Of a DNA stretch of 64,000 nucleotides, positions 1-12,497 are shown one piece after another. How positions within the stretch are numbered: the stretch's first letter is position 1; every line of letters begins with the position of its first letter. The DNA comes from Podarcis cretensis. Taxonomy: Eukaryota. The position numbers were made by a program, and so were the translations under genes. The notes beneath the pieces are model-generated. The model was not told the DNA's origin. It ran no database searches and saw nothing but the letters and a program-made list of their open reading frames with translations. The stretch is taken from the NCBI GenBank assembly GCA_951804945.1, contig OX638154.1, positions 79,112,001 to 79,176,000 of the forward strand, given 5' to 3'.

Positions 1-508
1 AATTCATGAACTGCTATTCCTCTATGACCCCTCCACCCTGCAAAGCAAAGCATCTTACAAAGCAAAGGGGAAGAAAGAAGAAGGCAAGGAGGATCAACAC
101 GATGGCCGAAAAAACCCATATAAAACCACATTCCACTGAAAATTATAGCCTAACCATTAGCAAGAGTTAAGAGCATAGTACAAGGGTCTTCTGGATCTTC
201 TGAACTACAGCTTCTGTCATCCCTGACCACTGACCATCCTGCCTTGGAGAGCTGCAATTACCCACCCTTACTTCCACAGAGCCTGGGATCAAAGATTAAA
301 GGCAACTCCTTTCAAAATGGTGATTTGCAATTCAATACCTCTCATGCTATCTAAGGTTAAACACTCATGTGTTAGCTAGCAGAAAACAACCACAGTTAAT
401 TATCGACTCAGTTAGAGCTCAAAGACCCTCTTAATTTAGCTTCTGCGGAATCTTCCCAGGTTAAACCTTTTCACCAATACACAGGTATTCCCATTTCAGT
501 ATCAATTA

Positions 509-750
509 CAGTGGTACCTCGGGTTACATACGCTTCAGGTTACATACGCTTCAGGTTACACACTCCGCTAACCCAGAAATAGTGCTTCAGGTTAAGAACT
601 TTGCTTCAGGATAAGAATAGAAATCAGGCTCCGGCAGCGCGGCAGCAGCAGGAGGCCCCATTAGCTAAAGTGGTGCTTCAGGTTAAGAACAGTTTCAGGT
701 TAAGAACGGACCTCCGGAACAAATTAAGTACTTAACCCAAGATACCACTG
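509..750 (+). mobile_element. pogo/Tigger-like (Tc1-mariner superfamily) MITE, family A copy 1
   Basis: TA|CAGTGGTACCTCGGGTTA ... TTAACCCAAGATACCACTG|TA: terminal inverted repeats with TA TSD; internal CTTCAGGTTA repeats; four more copies in window. Confidence 0.9.
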
Positions 751-1084
751 TAGATCAATTGTGCTTAACAGGAACTATATGTATTGCCCACTGTCTATGT
801 GCACAGTTGTGTGTATGTAAAAGAGAGAGGTGGGGTGTAGGGGGAAGAACCACTCCTGGAATCCCACTAGCAAGAAAATTATTGGGGGACAGGGTGAAGG
901 GGGAAAGTGGTGATATGATGGGAAGGGTTAACGTAAGAAGACCCTGGCTGGAGGAGGCAAAAACCCCAAAGTACCCTCTCCTTGCACTGATCTTACACTT
1001 GCACTGATCTTCCCAGCATGCAGCGCAGTGCAGGCAGAATATGTGGTTCTGCCCTAATTCAAACTACCCTTCTAACTATACCAC

Positions 1085-1412
1085 TGAAATATACTCAGTC
1101 GCAAGGTGATTTCATGCTCTTTATTGAGCTCATAGTGGTGAGGAGGAATGAATGAAAGTCCCCTCAAAGTATCTGCTTTATATACATTATTTACACAATG
1201 GGCTGCACATGATTGGCTAATTCCGGAATTCTACTGTAAGCCAATCAGGTTGTGGATTCACTTCTATCTGGAGCATGATTGGGTGGTTCCTGCTAACCAA
1301 TCATACTGCTGCATTGTTCTAGGACCAATCAGACTGCTGCCTTTTGGATCCTATTGTTCTAGGACCAATCAGACTGCTGCAGTTTGGATCCTATTCGACT
1401 CAGTACATAACA
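1085..1412 (-). mobile_element. solo LTR (Gypsy-like, TGTTATGTACTGA family)
   Basis: TG...CA ends; perfect 5-bp TSD ACCAC (1080-1084, 1413-1417); minus-strand TATA (1177-1184) then AATAAA (1120-1125); multiple CCAAT boxes; 40-bp tandem duplication 1313-1392. Confidence 0.85.
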
Positions 1413-2301
1413 ACCACTATCATAAAACTGAGATGGGAGAAAGCCTACTTTCTATTCAGCTGCCATGGCCCCAAGTGCTGCTTAGTAGTGAGTCTCTTGA
1501 ATGGAAGCTGTCTTGAAATGTACTGATGAGTCTGAAGAAGAGCTGGGAAGAAAGTTAAGTGACAACAGCCTTTTATTTTATTTCAAAGAAAACTGTTCCT
1601 AGAAGACTTCCAGTGTTCACATATTCACAGGGCTATCTCTCTTCCCCACAACACCATCATTAATACCCTCAAAGGGTGTTCTGTCTACTTGGACTGATAA
1701 TGTGATTTGCAGCTACGCCGGTCTCATTCTGATCCTCCCTGCCTTTTCTGTGATGACCTTCACAGGAGCGGTGCTTGTTATAGAAAATGCATTGCATATA
1801 CGCTATCAGACAACAAATGTACAGGTCATACTGCCAAATGTGACGAGTTCCTGTAAAAGCAGAGCCTGGTGTCAGGGCTGGAGGGGGAGGGTCGGAAGCA
1901 ATGCTAAATATAGCATTTTTCAACTTGTGTGGTTTTAGGGTTTAAGATCTTATAATAAGGCAGTTCGCCCAAGAGGCATGAGATGGAACAACATGGAGTT
2001 CCTTGATTCATGGTTGCTTTTTTTTGAATGCATGGGGTCTGTTTGGCACTCTCAAAACAGACACTTTGGGGAAGTGGAATATAAAGCAATTGATTGCACA
2101 CAAGACAGTTGTATGTGTGTATTGCAAACAACAACAAAAACAACAAGGCTCCAGAAAAAAACTTTGGCATTTAGTGTTGATCGGGATTGATGGGGTGGGA
2201 GGCTGGGAGACTAAGGCTGGATCTGCATTGATCTGTAAAAACACATTTTAAAAGTTATATAACTCTCAATGCAATTTTCCTTTGATGACGGATCGCTACT
2301 C

Positions 2302-2322
2302 TACAGCGCCCTCTGGTGTCAC
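2302..2322 (-). promoter_or_regulatory. candidate CTCF site
   Basis: minus strand reads GTGACACCAGAGGGCGCTG, close to the CTCF core CCACCAG(G/A)GGGCGC; motif match only. Confidence 0.35.
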
Positions 2323-5300
2323 TACACCACCCTGGAGTTTGTTATAATTATTTCATTCCTATATAGTCAGTGCTAAGCCTTCAGAGAACTGCATTTGAAT
2401 TCATGGTTGGGGAAGATGGCTTAAACTGTGGCTTCCGCCTGGAGGCTGCGTGAGAGATGGCCACCATGTTTGCTGTTCGAAAGCACTCTCATCTTTGGAT
2501 AGATTGTGGCCATCATGTGTAGAGACCCACATGGACAAACTAATTCACAAAATCAATTCCTGAAAATGTTGATAGCACCACTATACAGGCTTCTAAGCCT
2601 CAAGCTCTAGAGAGTTCTGTCTCTGCTACCTTGACTTTCCTTTTCGGATAGTGGACAAAAGCAGAGGTGGTGGATGCTCTGGCATCATTGGTGAAACTTG
2701 TGCTTCCCATCAGGTATTGGACTACCTGTTCCAATAAAGGGCTGGAGGGAATTGGAGCATCCCTACTTAAGCCTTACACAAAGGGATAGGGCGTTGTTGC
2801 TGTTGTTCTGCCAGAGTCCCATCTTCAAGGTAGCTTATCAATGCAACTATTGACCCGCACAATGAGTTATGATAATTGGCAGTGATGAAATTACTCCTGG
2901 GCAGATGAGGTGCCTTCATTAGATGAGACGAACCAGACTTTGTCCTAATCTGGATGGTGTCAGTGAAGGGCTTTGGCTGAACATGGAAAGGGAAAGATCC
3001 TGCTAAGGCAAATTCTAGTAAGTGACAGACACACTTATCTCCCAGGGTGGATGAAATGAGTGCGGAAAGTCATTGTCTGGCAGATTAACTTTTTAATCAG
3101 GCTTCAGAAGCTGGTCATAGCCAGAGCTTATCTTCACTCCCCCTTAAACTAAACCTTTAACTATATTCTCCGTCTTAAAAGATAGTGACTTCAGTGCTTT
3201 TCATTTTGAAAGTGACCCTGGGGTTGAAATCTGGAGCCATCACCACAAATATTTTCCAATGGTCCTGTTTTACAGAAACATTCTCGTTGGAGGGAGATCA
3301 TTTGCTCTCCCTGGCAGCCAGCTCTTCCGCTGCTTCCGTTCTCTGTTACAGTCTAACCTTTACTTTTCCATCATGTGTGTCGTTATATTCTTAATTACAT
3401 TGGCTCCCCTTTCTCCGGTTCAGATGGCTAGCAGGAGATTGCAGGCTTTACTGTACTGCTACATGGCGTTTTCATAAAGCCATGGCATTATTCTGGGGAA
3501 CTGTTTTATGGGGGAGGGGGAAGAAGAGGAAAGTTTAGGAAACCATTTTTGTTGAAAATAATCTTCACTCAGCTAGACCAGCTGTGCAGTGCATCATCCC
3601 ATTGCAATACTCTCCAAGTACAATGTTCAAGAGGGTTTGCTTCAGAGATGAGTCTACAATGTGCTTTGCATTTTTCCAGTCTCATCATGAAAAACAGTGC
3701 ATGGGTTGGCCCATGTTTGAGATTCAGATTCTCCCCTCCCCTTCAAATTTACAAGTTGCAAGGAGAATTGTCCTAAATATAAAAGCTTCACCAAGACATT
3801 TCTGTGCTCAAGGGGAGAAATCGTGTTAATATCTTACATCTTCCCTCTTGAAAGGATGCATATGTCCCTGTGTGCATTGAGCTGGACTTTAATCCTGAAA
3901 TATAGTTTTTAGCATATTGCCAAACAGAATCCCGAATGGGGAAATTAAAGCCAAAGCCCCCTTTTAACTAAACTGGTTAATGAATTGCTGGTCGATAATA
4001 AATTTCTCAGTCTTTAAGGTGCTGTTAGACTCTTACCCCTCCCTGCTCCTCTTGTATGGACGTCAATCATTCCTGATGTATCTCTTTGCCATTGAATAAA
4101 TAGCAATGTGTGATAATGATTGTGTGAAGTGTCACTAGTTCTTCTCGAGAAACCAAGGAATTTTGGTTTGTGTGGCTGAACGAAAAGTTCACAGGCAATA
4201 TACATTTTAAGTTCCCATTCCACATTCCTCCAGGTTACTCTGCTGCTCTTTTCTTATCCCCCTCTGGAAATGTTCACGTTACACATGCTTGAAGGTTTCT
4301 TCTGATTTACCAGGCACTCAGCTATTGATTCTTTTTCTTATGCAGCAGATTCTTCATATTGATCTTTTCAGGGACAAAGTTCATTAAGGGTGCGGACGTT
4401 TCAGACCTCTTCTGTAAAATAGTTTCATTCCCTTCCTCACTTCTAGTGCTGTTATCTCACAAAGAAAGTGATTTTTTCCCTTCTCTCTTGAATTTAGTGA
4501 TAGGTCAGAAAGCACAAATCTTGTTCTTTCCATTGAAAAGTATATTTTCTATGGGATTGATTCTTAACTGGGGAATAGTTTTCTGGGTGCATTAAAAAAA
4601 TGTCTACTGTGCATACATTGGACACTTTCCTCTGCAAAGAGAGAGGACAAATTAAACCCAGTATTTTGTTCTGCCATGTGACTAGTTAAGGTATTCATAT
4701 TGCAGTTGTTCTCTTCTGCTAAACTTCTCTTCTGCTGCTTTGCAGCATCCAAGTGATGTTCAAGTTAGGAAAGAAAATGTATTAATAACTAATTTAGATT
4801 CTGAAACACTGAGAGTCACGTAGCTAGAGCACTTGATTGCACGTGAAGAGATGTGGTCAGATGTGCTCAGTTCACTTATATAAAATGTGGCTCTCGGGTG
4901 GTGGAAGTCCAAAAGCAGTTGAACCAAGAGCTACACACATAAAAGCAATCCACACAAGTGGGAAGATCTGAAATGCATGGACTCTGAGAATTCATCTACT
5001 CTGAAATGTGTTTTAATTAGTCACCGGATGGGGAAACCTATGGATGTTAGCACTGGGTTTTGTGCTACAGGTCTACTACATGTTTGGCAAACCTAATTTT
5101 TCATCACTACTACCTCCTGCCACAACAACTCAATGGCATAGCCACCTTTGTCTTCTCCAGCAACTCTGGAGTGAAGAAACTTGAACATCTGAAACAAGTG
5201 AGGATTGAATGGATGATAGACAGATAGGTAGATCTTCCTCTTCAAGCCTTTGCTGCTGGCCAGGTATGATACCTGGTTTAGGACTTAGCTGATCTGACTT

Positions 5301-5707
5301 TTCTGCCTACCTGGCCTTAGCCTTCAAGCAACCATTACAAAAGAAAGGAGGAGCACTTTGCTGTCATCTGGGTCAGTGGGTTTTTGTTCTGTGTTTTCCA
5401 TTGTCAAGGCTGCTTGCCTTGAGTTGCTGTCCCTAGTCTCATCTATCTTCTCTTGTCTTTGCTCTTGATCCTATTGGAGCAAAACCCCATCAAAGCATAC
5501 TTCCCTGGCACTGAGACTATGGCACTGTGCGAGATCTGGCATGACACTGAAATGTGCCGGCACGTGACATCAGAGCTGTCCCCTTCGCTGGAAAACTGAA
5601 AAGTACAAGGATTTGTTGGGGGCAGGGATCTGGCAGCTAGCTTTTCACACAGTCTTTTCTCTCACTTTTGTGTCAATAGGAGAGCTGAAAATAATGCCAA
5701 CATATTT

Positions 5708-6368
5708 CACATCTGGTAACCAATGCGCTTGCTGGAGGAGACTCTTGAGAGTCCCATGGACTGCAAGAAGATCAAACCTCTCCATTCTGAAGGAAATCAG
5801 CCCCGAGTGCTCACTGGAAGGACTGTGAAGCTGAGGCTCCAGTACTTTGGGCACCTCATGAGAAGAGAAGACTCCCTGGAGAAGACCCTGATGTTGGGAA
5901 AGATGGAGGGCACAAGGAGAAGGGGGCGACAGAGGACGAGATGGTTGGATAGTGTTTTCGAGGTTACCAGCATGAGTCTGACCAAGCTGCGGGGGGCAGT
6001 GGAGGACAGGAGTGCCTGGCGTTCTCTGGTCCATGGGGTCACGAAGAGTCGGACACGACTAAACGACTAAACAACAACAACAACAACCAATGTGCTCCTT
6101 TGGTTTCAGATAGTATGATGATTCTAAAAAGAAGTATGTCTACTCAATTCTGACCAAACTAAGCCCCCCTAGAGCAAAATATACACTAGGAGCCTTAATT
6201 TCATCTGAATTGAGTATACACTTTCCAGTGTCAATGCTAAATACATTACTTCTGGTAAATGAACCACCACCATAGCCACTAGAGGGCTGTATTTGAGTCA
6301 CAGGCTTTTTAGACTTGTCTACCCAAGTACTATCTGAAACCAAAGGGGCACATTGGTTGCCAGATGTG
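5708..6368. mobile_element. MITE-like element with 41-bp inverted arms, left arm split by BovB
   Basis: rebuilt left arm (5708-5729 + 6097-6115) CACATCTGGTAACCAATGTGCTCCTTTGGTTTCAGATAGTA matches the reverse complement of 6328-6368 at 39/41. Confidence 0.65.
5730..6084 (+). mobile_element. RTE-BovB LINE, 5'-truncated
   Basis: ORF2 C-terminus LRLQYFGHLMRREDSLEKTLMLGKMEGTRRRGRQRTRWLD...KSRTRLND; (CAA)n tail; TSD AACCAATG(C/T)GCT at 5718-5729 and 6085-6096. Confidence 0.95.
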
Positions 6369-6485
6369 GCTCCCCCCCCCAGTTCTCCCCCCCCACTACA
6401 ATGGATTCCAAATCCAAAGTTACTCAAAGGCCATAAGATCAGGCCAATAAGGGAGTGTTAAGTGGAGTCACCACAGAATTACTTC

Positions 6486-6490
<5 letters not shown>

Positions 6491-6530
<40 letters not shown>

Positions 6531-6818
6531 TTATTATTTATACCCCGCCCATCTGGCTGGGTTTCCCCAGCCACTCTGGGCGGCTTCCAAAAGAATATTA
6601 AAATACTGTGATACATCAAACATTAAAAGCTTCCCTAAACAGGGCTGCCTTCAGATGTCTTCTAAAAGTCTGGTAGTTGTTGTTCTCTTTGACATCTGGT
6701 GGGAGGGCGTTCCACAGGGAGGGCGCCACTACCGAGAAGGCCCTCTGTCTGGTTCCCTGTAACTTGGCTTCTCGCAGTGAGGGAACCGCCAGAAGGCCCT
6801 CGGTGCTGGACCTCAGTC
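6491..6818 (-). mobile_element. L2 LINE 3' fragment with (TTA)n tail
   Basis: ORF2 C-terminus TRQRAFSVVAPSLWNALP...FRRHLKAALFREAF; typical 3' stem-loop region; (AAT)n tail at 6491-6530. Confidence 0.9.
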
Positions 6819-7023
6819 CTTTTGATAAGGACTGTTGAGTCCGACCCCCTCCTTCTGTAATCCTCATAGAACTCAAGCCCAATGGTTGCCATTAATTGGA
6901 TTATGAATTGATTTTAGAATGTATTTTAATTAATTGATTGTGATTTTATGTAAACTGTGCTATTTTTGTTGTTGTTAGCCGCTCTGAGCCCGGCTTTGGC
7001 TGGGGAGGGCGGGATATAAATAA

Positions 7024-7075
<52 letters not shown>
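6819..7075 (+). mobile_element. L2 3' UTR/tail (second subfamily)
   Basis: GTTAGCCGCTCTGAGCCCGGCTTTGGCTGGGGAGGGCGGGATATAAATAAA followed by (TTA)n; same end occurs at 21263-21365; 5' boundary approximate. Confidence 0.75.
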
Positions 7076-7112
7076 TTTGCCTCCAAGAAAATGAAACAGT
7101 TGGTGCTCAAAC

Positions 7113-7254
7113 CATGGGCATAGCCAGGATTTTTGTTAGGGCGGCAAGCCTTATGTTAGGGGGGACAGAACCTCAGTTAGCTATGTTTTTTAAATTGATT
7201 TTTATTTATTTTGCAGGGACACTTGCCCCCCTGTCCCCCCTGGCTACGCCCATG
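7113..7254. mobile_element. hAT-type MITE
   Basis: TIR CATGGGCATAGCCAGG / CCTGGCTACGCCCATG; TSD degenerate. Confidence 0.7.
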
Positions 7255-7474
7255 CCAAACCTCTGCAGACTCATGTAGGTTAGGATGATAAAGTTTTTCA
7301 CTTTGGGATTTTATTGCTTGTTCCCCTTCTCTTTTTCTTTTGTGGTTTGAGGGATGAAAACACAGCTCCGTGTTACCGCATTCATATTTTAAAGTTCCTG
7401 TAAATGAATGTTGTTGATTCCCAGCCCCCTCCCCCTTTTGGGTTGTAGACTATGATATCTGGCTCCCAGCCGAA

Positions 7475-7603
7475 GAAACCGAAACAGTCATTACAAGGGA
7501 GGCAAAGGTGGTCAGTTGAAAAAGAGCAAATCCGAGTGGGGAATCCCCTCCTGATTAATGCCACATTCTAGTGAGTTAGGTGATAGCTCTGACCCCTATA
7601 AAA
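7475..7603 (+). promoter_or_regulatory. candidate ISRE + NF-kB + TATA promoter-like module
   Basis: GAAACCGAAAC (7475-7485), GGGGAATCCCC (7538-7548), TATAAAA (7597-7603). Confidence 0.35.
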
Positions 7604-8643
7604 CTTCCTGGCTCTTACTATTTAGAGGGACTTCTGTCTGCAGTCTGCTTCACTCAGTTCTTGCCCTTAGGTGGAGAGAGGCTGGACCTGACAATAGTTT
7701 GCTGCCAGCAAACAACTGCTGAAACAGTTGTCTGAAAGCCTAGCAGGTGGGCTTGCAATCAACGACAGAATGAGGTTCACAGGGACTTGCTTAAAATGCT
7801 ATTTTTCAGCTGGCCAGAGGAGAGATTGTTAAAAGGAAGCGATCATCTCTTTGTTGCCATACTTCTCTCTATTTGGCTTCTTTTGAAATCCAAGAAGCTA
7901 TCAGCACAGGTGATGATAGCATCTCTGAATTATTAGCTGTGAACACAATATTTAGTACGCTGGGGATTTTCGTGTGTCACAACAAAGTCTGCTGTCCCTT
8001 TTGTGTAGTCAAAAGAGGAGGAAAGACAGTCTCCTAGGGAGATAATTGAAGCTGATTCTTTTTTTAAATGCTGTTCAGTAGACAATACAGGGAGAAAATT
8101 ATATGCAACAAACAAAAGAAGAAATGCTTCTTGCCATCTTGCCCCCACTTCCCTCCTTTCAAGTTTGAAGTACAGTCTACACTCTTGTTTTAAGTGTCAG
8201 TTAGGGAAATATTTCAGCATCTGTTACCATGGAAAAGGGTGCCTTTCGCTGCAAAGTGATGGACCTCAGAACCATTTTGCGAAATTAAGAAATTAATGTT
8301 GCTAGAATGGAGCATGAAGCAAAATGGAAAAAGGAGAAAGCAGAAAGTGGCTTATTCATGGGATGAAGTGTGTTTGTGGGTGGGGGGAGTGCCAACAATT
8401 TCACAAAAAAGACACTTAGGTATTTCAATAACCATGGAAAGAATCAACTCCTGGTTTAGCAGGGCCAGATTATCTCTATCTACATAAGACTCTGCTGAAT
8501 CCAGTGCAAAGTGCCCATAGCTTAATGCTGCATGCTGAAGATATCAAGTTAATATTAGGGTTTTCCAAGTACCTGGGCTAGAAAGGACCATCTTCCTAAG
8601 ATTCTGGCTGGCAAGAACCCTCCAGAAGAGACTCAGCTAGTTA

Positions 8644-8869
8644 CAGTGGTACCTCGGGTTACATACGCTTCAGGTTACAGACTCCGCTAACCCAGAAATA
8701 ATGTTTCTGGTTAAGAACTTTGCTTCAGGATGAGAACAGAAATCGTGCTCCGGCGGCGTGGCAGCAGCAGGAGGTCCCATTAGCTAAAGTGGTGCTTCAG
8801 GTTAAGAACAGTTTCAGGTTAAGAACGGACTTCCAGAACGAATTAAGTTTTTAACCTGAGGTACCACTG
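8644..8869 (+). mobile_element. pogo/Tigger-like MITE, family A copy 2
   Basis: TA|CAGTGGTACCTC...GAGGTACCACTG|TA; near-identical to 509-750. Confidence 0.9.
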
Positions 8870-10238
8870 TATATAAATTCAGACATTGGTCCTCAACAGT
8901 TTCATAAAGTGCCTGTTCTTCCAAAGCTTGGAAGATTATTCAAAGAAGTCACAGGTAAGAACATTTGGTTCCAAATGAATAGAAGGTCTACCTGGAGGTC
9001 TACCAAGGCAGCACAAACTTTACCCACCTGACCACAGGAACTCCTCCTTTAGGCTCACAACAGCTTTTGAGACCCCCCCCCCCCCAAGTAATGCTGAGAT
9101 CTTTTCAGGATTACAGGCTCGCCCTGTTGGCTTCAGCTGCTGTCCACTGTATATTGCAATGTTGTTTTGAAGTATTTTATGCAATTTTATTGTCATCTTG
9201 GGCTCCCCATGGGAAGGAAAGGTGGGAGATATATGTGAAATAATGCTAGTGATATACATAAATAAAATGTCTCTGGCTTAAAACCATGGGCTGGTAGCAA
9301 CTGTTGGCAAAGCTGTTGCATGAAAATCGAGGCCATCACCTTTACTAGCGATGAAGTCCCACAGAATTTCTTACTTTGACCTAGCTTGGGTAGGAATCTG
9401 AGGACAGAATTCAGTGTCACACAATAATGAACATCTGCACAAGCATTTGGGTTTTCCATCAAACAATTCCCTCTCTCCTCCCACTGTGTGCTGTTCTGGG
9501 TGGGTGTGGGTGTCTCCAGAGCCAATTTGGTGTGTGGAGCATGGGGCAAGAGAGGGGGGAAAGCCCCATTGTGTGGGCAAAATTTCTTGCACAGGGCTTC
9601 AGCTGTTGGGGGCTTGTTAGGTGGATCCCAAGCTGTGTTTACTCCATTTGTGAGCATGCTAAAAGGCAGATTTGCTGTGTTAAGTACCTTTTGACTTTGG
9701 AGTGCTAGTTCTACCTTCTGTAGCAGCAGCACTGAAGGGTGGACTATACACTTCAGATTGAATTACCTATCTTGTTGATGGCTTCTCCTTCAGTCAGTTT
9801 CATCATCAGCCTGAAGTAGTACACTCCTTCCAGGACTGTACCACATGGTTCTTCTCCATGTTTTAACTGGACTTCAAAGTGGCAGAGTTCAGCAAGATTT
9901 CACAGCCCAGCATGCAGATGCTATTATAGGTGTACTTGGGGAAAGTCTGGTGATGACCTGTTTTAAAGGGGTGATGAGATGGAGCACATAATATTTGGGA
10001 AGTTAGAAGTTTTTATTGAGGGCACAATGTAGTCATTGTTTGCAACAAAGCACAATCACATTATTTATTAGCTCAAGAGCGCGCAATACTATTAGAAAAC
10101 AATCTAGCAAGGCCATACAAAATTAGCACATTAATTTTACATTATGTGGAGAGAGAGAAAAGAAATTGAATTGTACATTCTGTGCATTGAAACCTTCCTT
10201 CAGTGGTGCAATACAGCTTGAGATTCCACACAAACATG

Positions 10239-10325
10239 CACACACACACACACACACACACCTTAATACCTTATAACACCTTAATTCTCTGCTACATTAT
10301 TCCATATATATATATATATATATAT
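10239..10325. repeat. (CA)n (10239-10261) and (TA)n (10304-10325) microsatellites
   Basis: direct reading. Confidence 0.9.
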
Positions 10326-10582
10326 TGTTAAGCCACTTAAATTGCTTGCTGTGATTTGATTATCTCACAGAGCAGATCATTTTTATTTAGCTACTGTTGA
10401 GATCATCCCTCCCATTAGCTCCAATGAGCTTTTATGAAACTGTTACAGTTCATCAGATCTATGACTCTGGACGTTATTGATTGATGAATATTTGCAATTT
10501 TTGCAGGGGACCCTGCGATGCTCTGTATTGCTGTTAGCACAACTGACAGCTGACATTAGTTGTGCTACTGCAATCCACTATA

Positions 10583-10708
10583 ACAGGGGTACTCCGTTCA
10601 GTGGCTTCTAGATGTTGCAGAACACAGCTGCCATCACTGGCCCTGCTGCCAAGGACTGGAGAGTTGCAGTCCACAACACCTGGAGGCAACATATTGCACA
10701 CTCCTGCA
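10583..10708. mobile_element. degenerate palindromic hAT MITE (URR1-like)
   Basis: CAGGGGT...AGATGTTGCAGAACACAGCTGCCATC...GAGTTGCAGTCCACAACACCTGGAGG...CTCCTG; same family as 33595-33730. Confidence 0.55.
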
Positions 10709-12497
10709 CCAAACCTAGACATGAACCAGATCTTTAGCCCCTCTAAATATTATTAGTTAGTAGCTGCACAGATCATATTTCTTGGCTTTTGTTTCTGGAA
10801 ATGGCGGAGACTGGTAATGTGCAACACTACAAATATTATTGCTCAACACCAGGCAGTTTCTGGCTCTCGATTATCTGTTCACTCCTCGAAATGTCATCCA
10901 ATGTAATTTGTCTCTCCCTGCTAAAAGCAGCCTTTAAAACAACAAGAACAAGTGTCTTTTATTTGTAGCCTTATAAGCCTTTTGTCATTCATCTGTGAGT
11001 ATCTTCAGAGGCTCTGTAAGGATGGAAATCCCGAATTCTGGTTCTGCACCCACAGAAACCAAGTATACTGGCTTAATTGAAACCGGTTATGGACATCTGG
11101 CAAAATTATGTATATTCAATTCATTTGCTTCTTCCAATGCATATAAAGCCACAGAGGAGTTCATTTGTCACAGGATGTAGGTCCTGCTGGAAATCTGTAG
11201 TGGCATAAAAATACAAGGATCCAGGATTATCTTCAGGTGATCAGCACCACGGACAGCTCACAGTGGTGGCTGGCTACAAAGACACGGGGCAATGACAACT
11301 AGTAAGTGGAGAGCCTCCCCCAACCTGGTACCATCTAGTTTTGGACTACAACTCCCATTAGCCTCAGCCAGCAAAGCTGTTGATAGGTCATTGGAGATCA
11401 GTGCCTTGCTGGATGGAGGGAGCTGCATCTCCGCAGGTAGCAATTGAAAGCAGGTTCTCAGCGATGTGTTATTTTAGCGCACTGGCCCTCATTCTTTCTC
11501 CCTTTAAGTGACAGAGAGCTCGGGTGTCTCCTGACATTTCCTGAACTGTGGGAAACCAATGGAAACAATGGAAATGCAATGATGGAAAGCTGTGCCTTTT
11601 CACCCACTCATAAAATGCACAGACTGACCTGAAACGAAAGGAAAGTGGAGCGAAATAAGGCACAGCAGATGGGGGCAAGACCTCAAGAGCAGGTGAGTGC
11701 ATGAATAACAGCAGGACTTAATAGAGGGGGAATGAATGGCAGAGGGCATGGCATTTTGGGTGTGACTGATTGGGACATGGAAGAAAGTAAAAGCTGCAGA
11801 GCTGTGCCAGACAAGGAATCCCTGGGCTGACTTAGGCAAACCAGCCAGACTGGCCTTGTGAAGAGCAAACCTGTTAACATGAGAAAATGTGTTGGTGGGC
11901 CATTTGGGAGGAATCCTTTGGCCTGGGGAGACAGATGTTGCCAAGGTGATGGGGTGTGTGTTGGAGGTGACAGGAGAAGGGAGTCTTGAGGAAGGGTTGC
12001 TGGGGAGAAGAAGGAGGAAGAAAGTTTGAGATCCATCTTGGGCAGGAAGGCTGAAGGCAGGCTGGGAGAGATGCCCTGGATTCCATCCCTGCACTGCTGT
12101 TTCTCTGGCACATCAGAGCTGCCCTCTTCTTCCTCTGCAAATCCGCTGAATCAAGACCTCCTCTGACATCACTGGCAGCCCTTTCCATCTGCCCTGGTCT
12201 TTGCTTGACCTAGTTCTATTTTCGATTACTGCTAGTCTTTAGGGGGAAAAGAAGTCATTTGCCTTTATAGTTCATGACAGGCGGCGTAGAGCGAAACAAG
12301 CACATCCATACATTCTGCATTCCCTACATTTGCAGCTGTTGGTTTGCACGGTAAAGATGGAGGGTTATAATAAGCCAATATTGTTCTGTATATGCCGAGC
12401 GAAGATTAGCCAAATCAAGGAATATAAAAGGCCATTAGGCAAACAACCAGGCTTAAAAACCCTAGACCACAGGGATCTTGAAAGTGATGCTACTATT

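Noticed and set aside
509-750. CRISPR-like array from recurring CTTCAGGTTA
   Set aside because: Irregular short repeats inside a eukaryotic MITE; no spacer structure and no cas genes
1524-1555. Hammerhead ribozyme core CTGATGA
   Set aside because: No stem II followed by GAAA and no flanking helices
8899-8953. Candidate 55-nt exon ending CAG|GTAAGA
   Set aside because: Weak acceptor and unrecognised peptide (FHKVPVLPKLGRLFKEVT)
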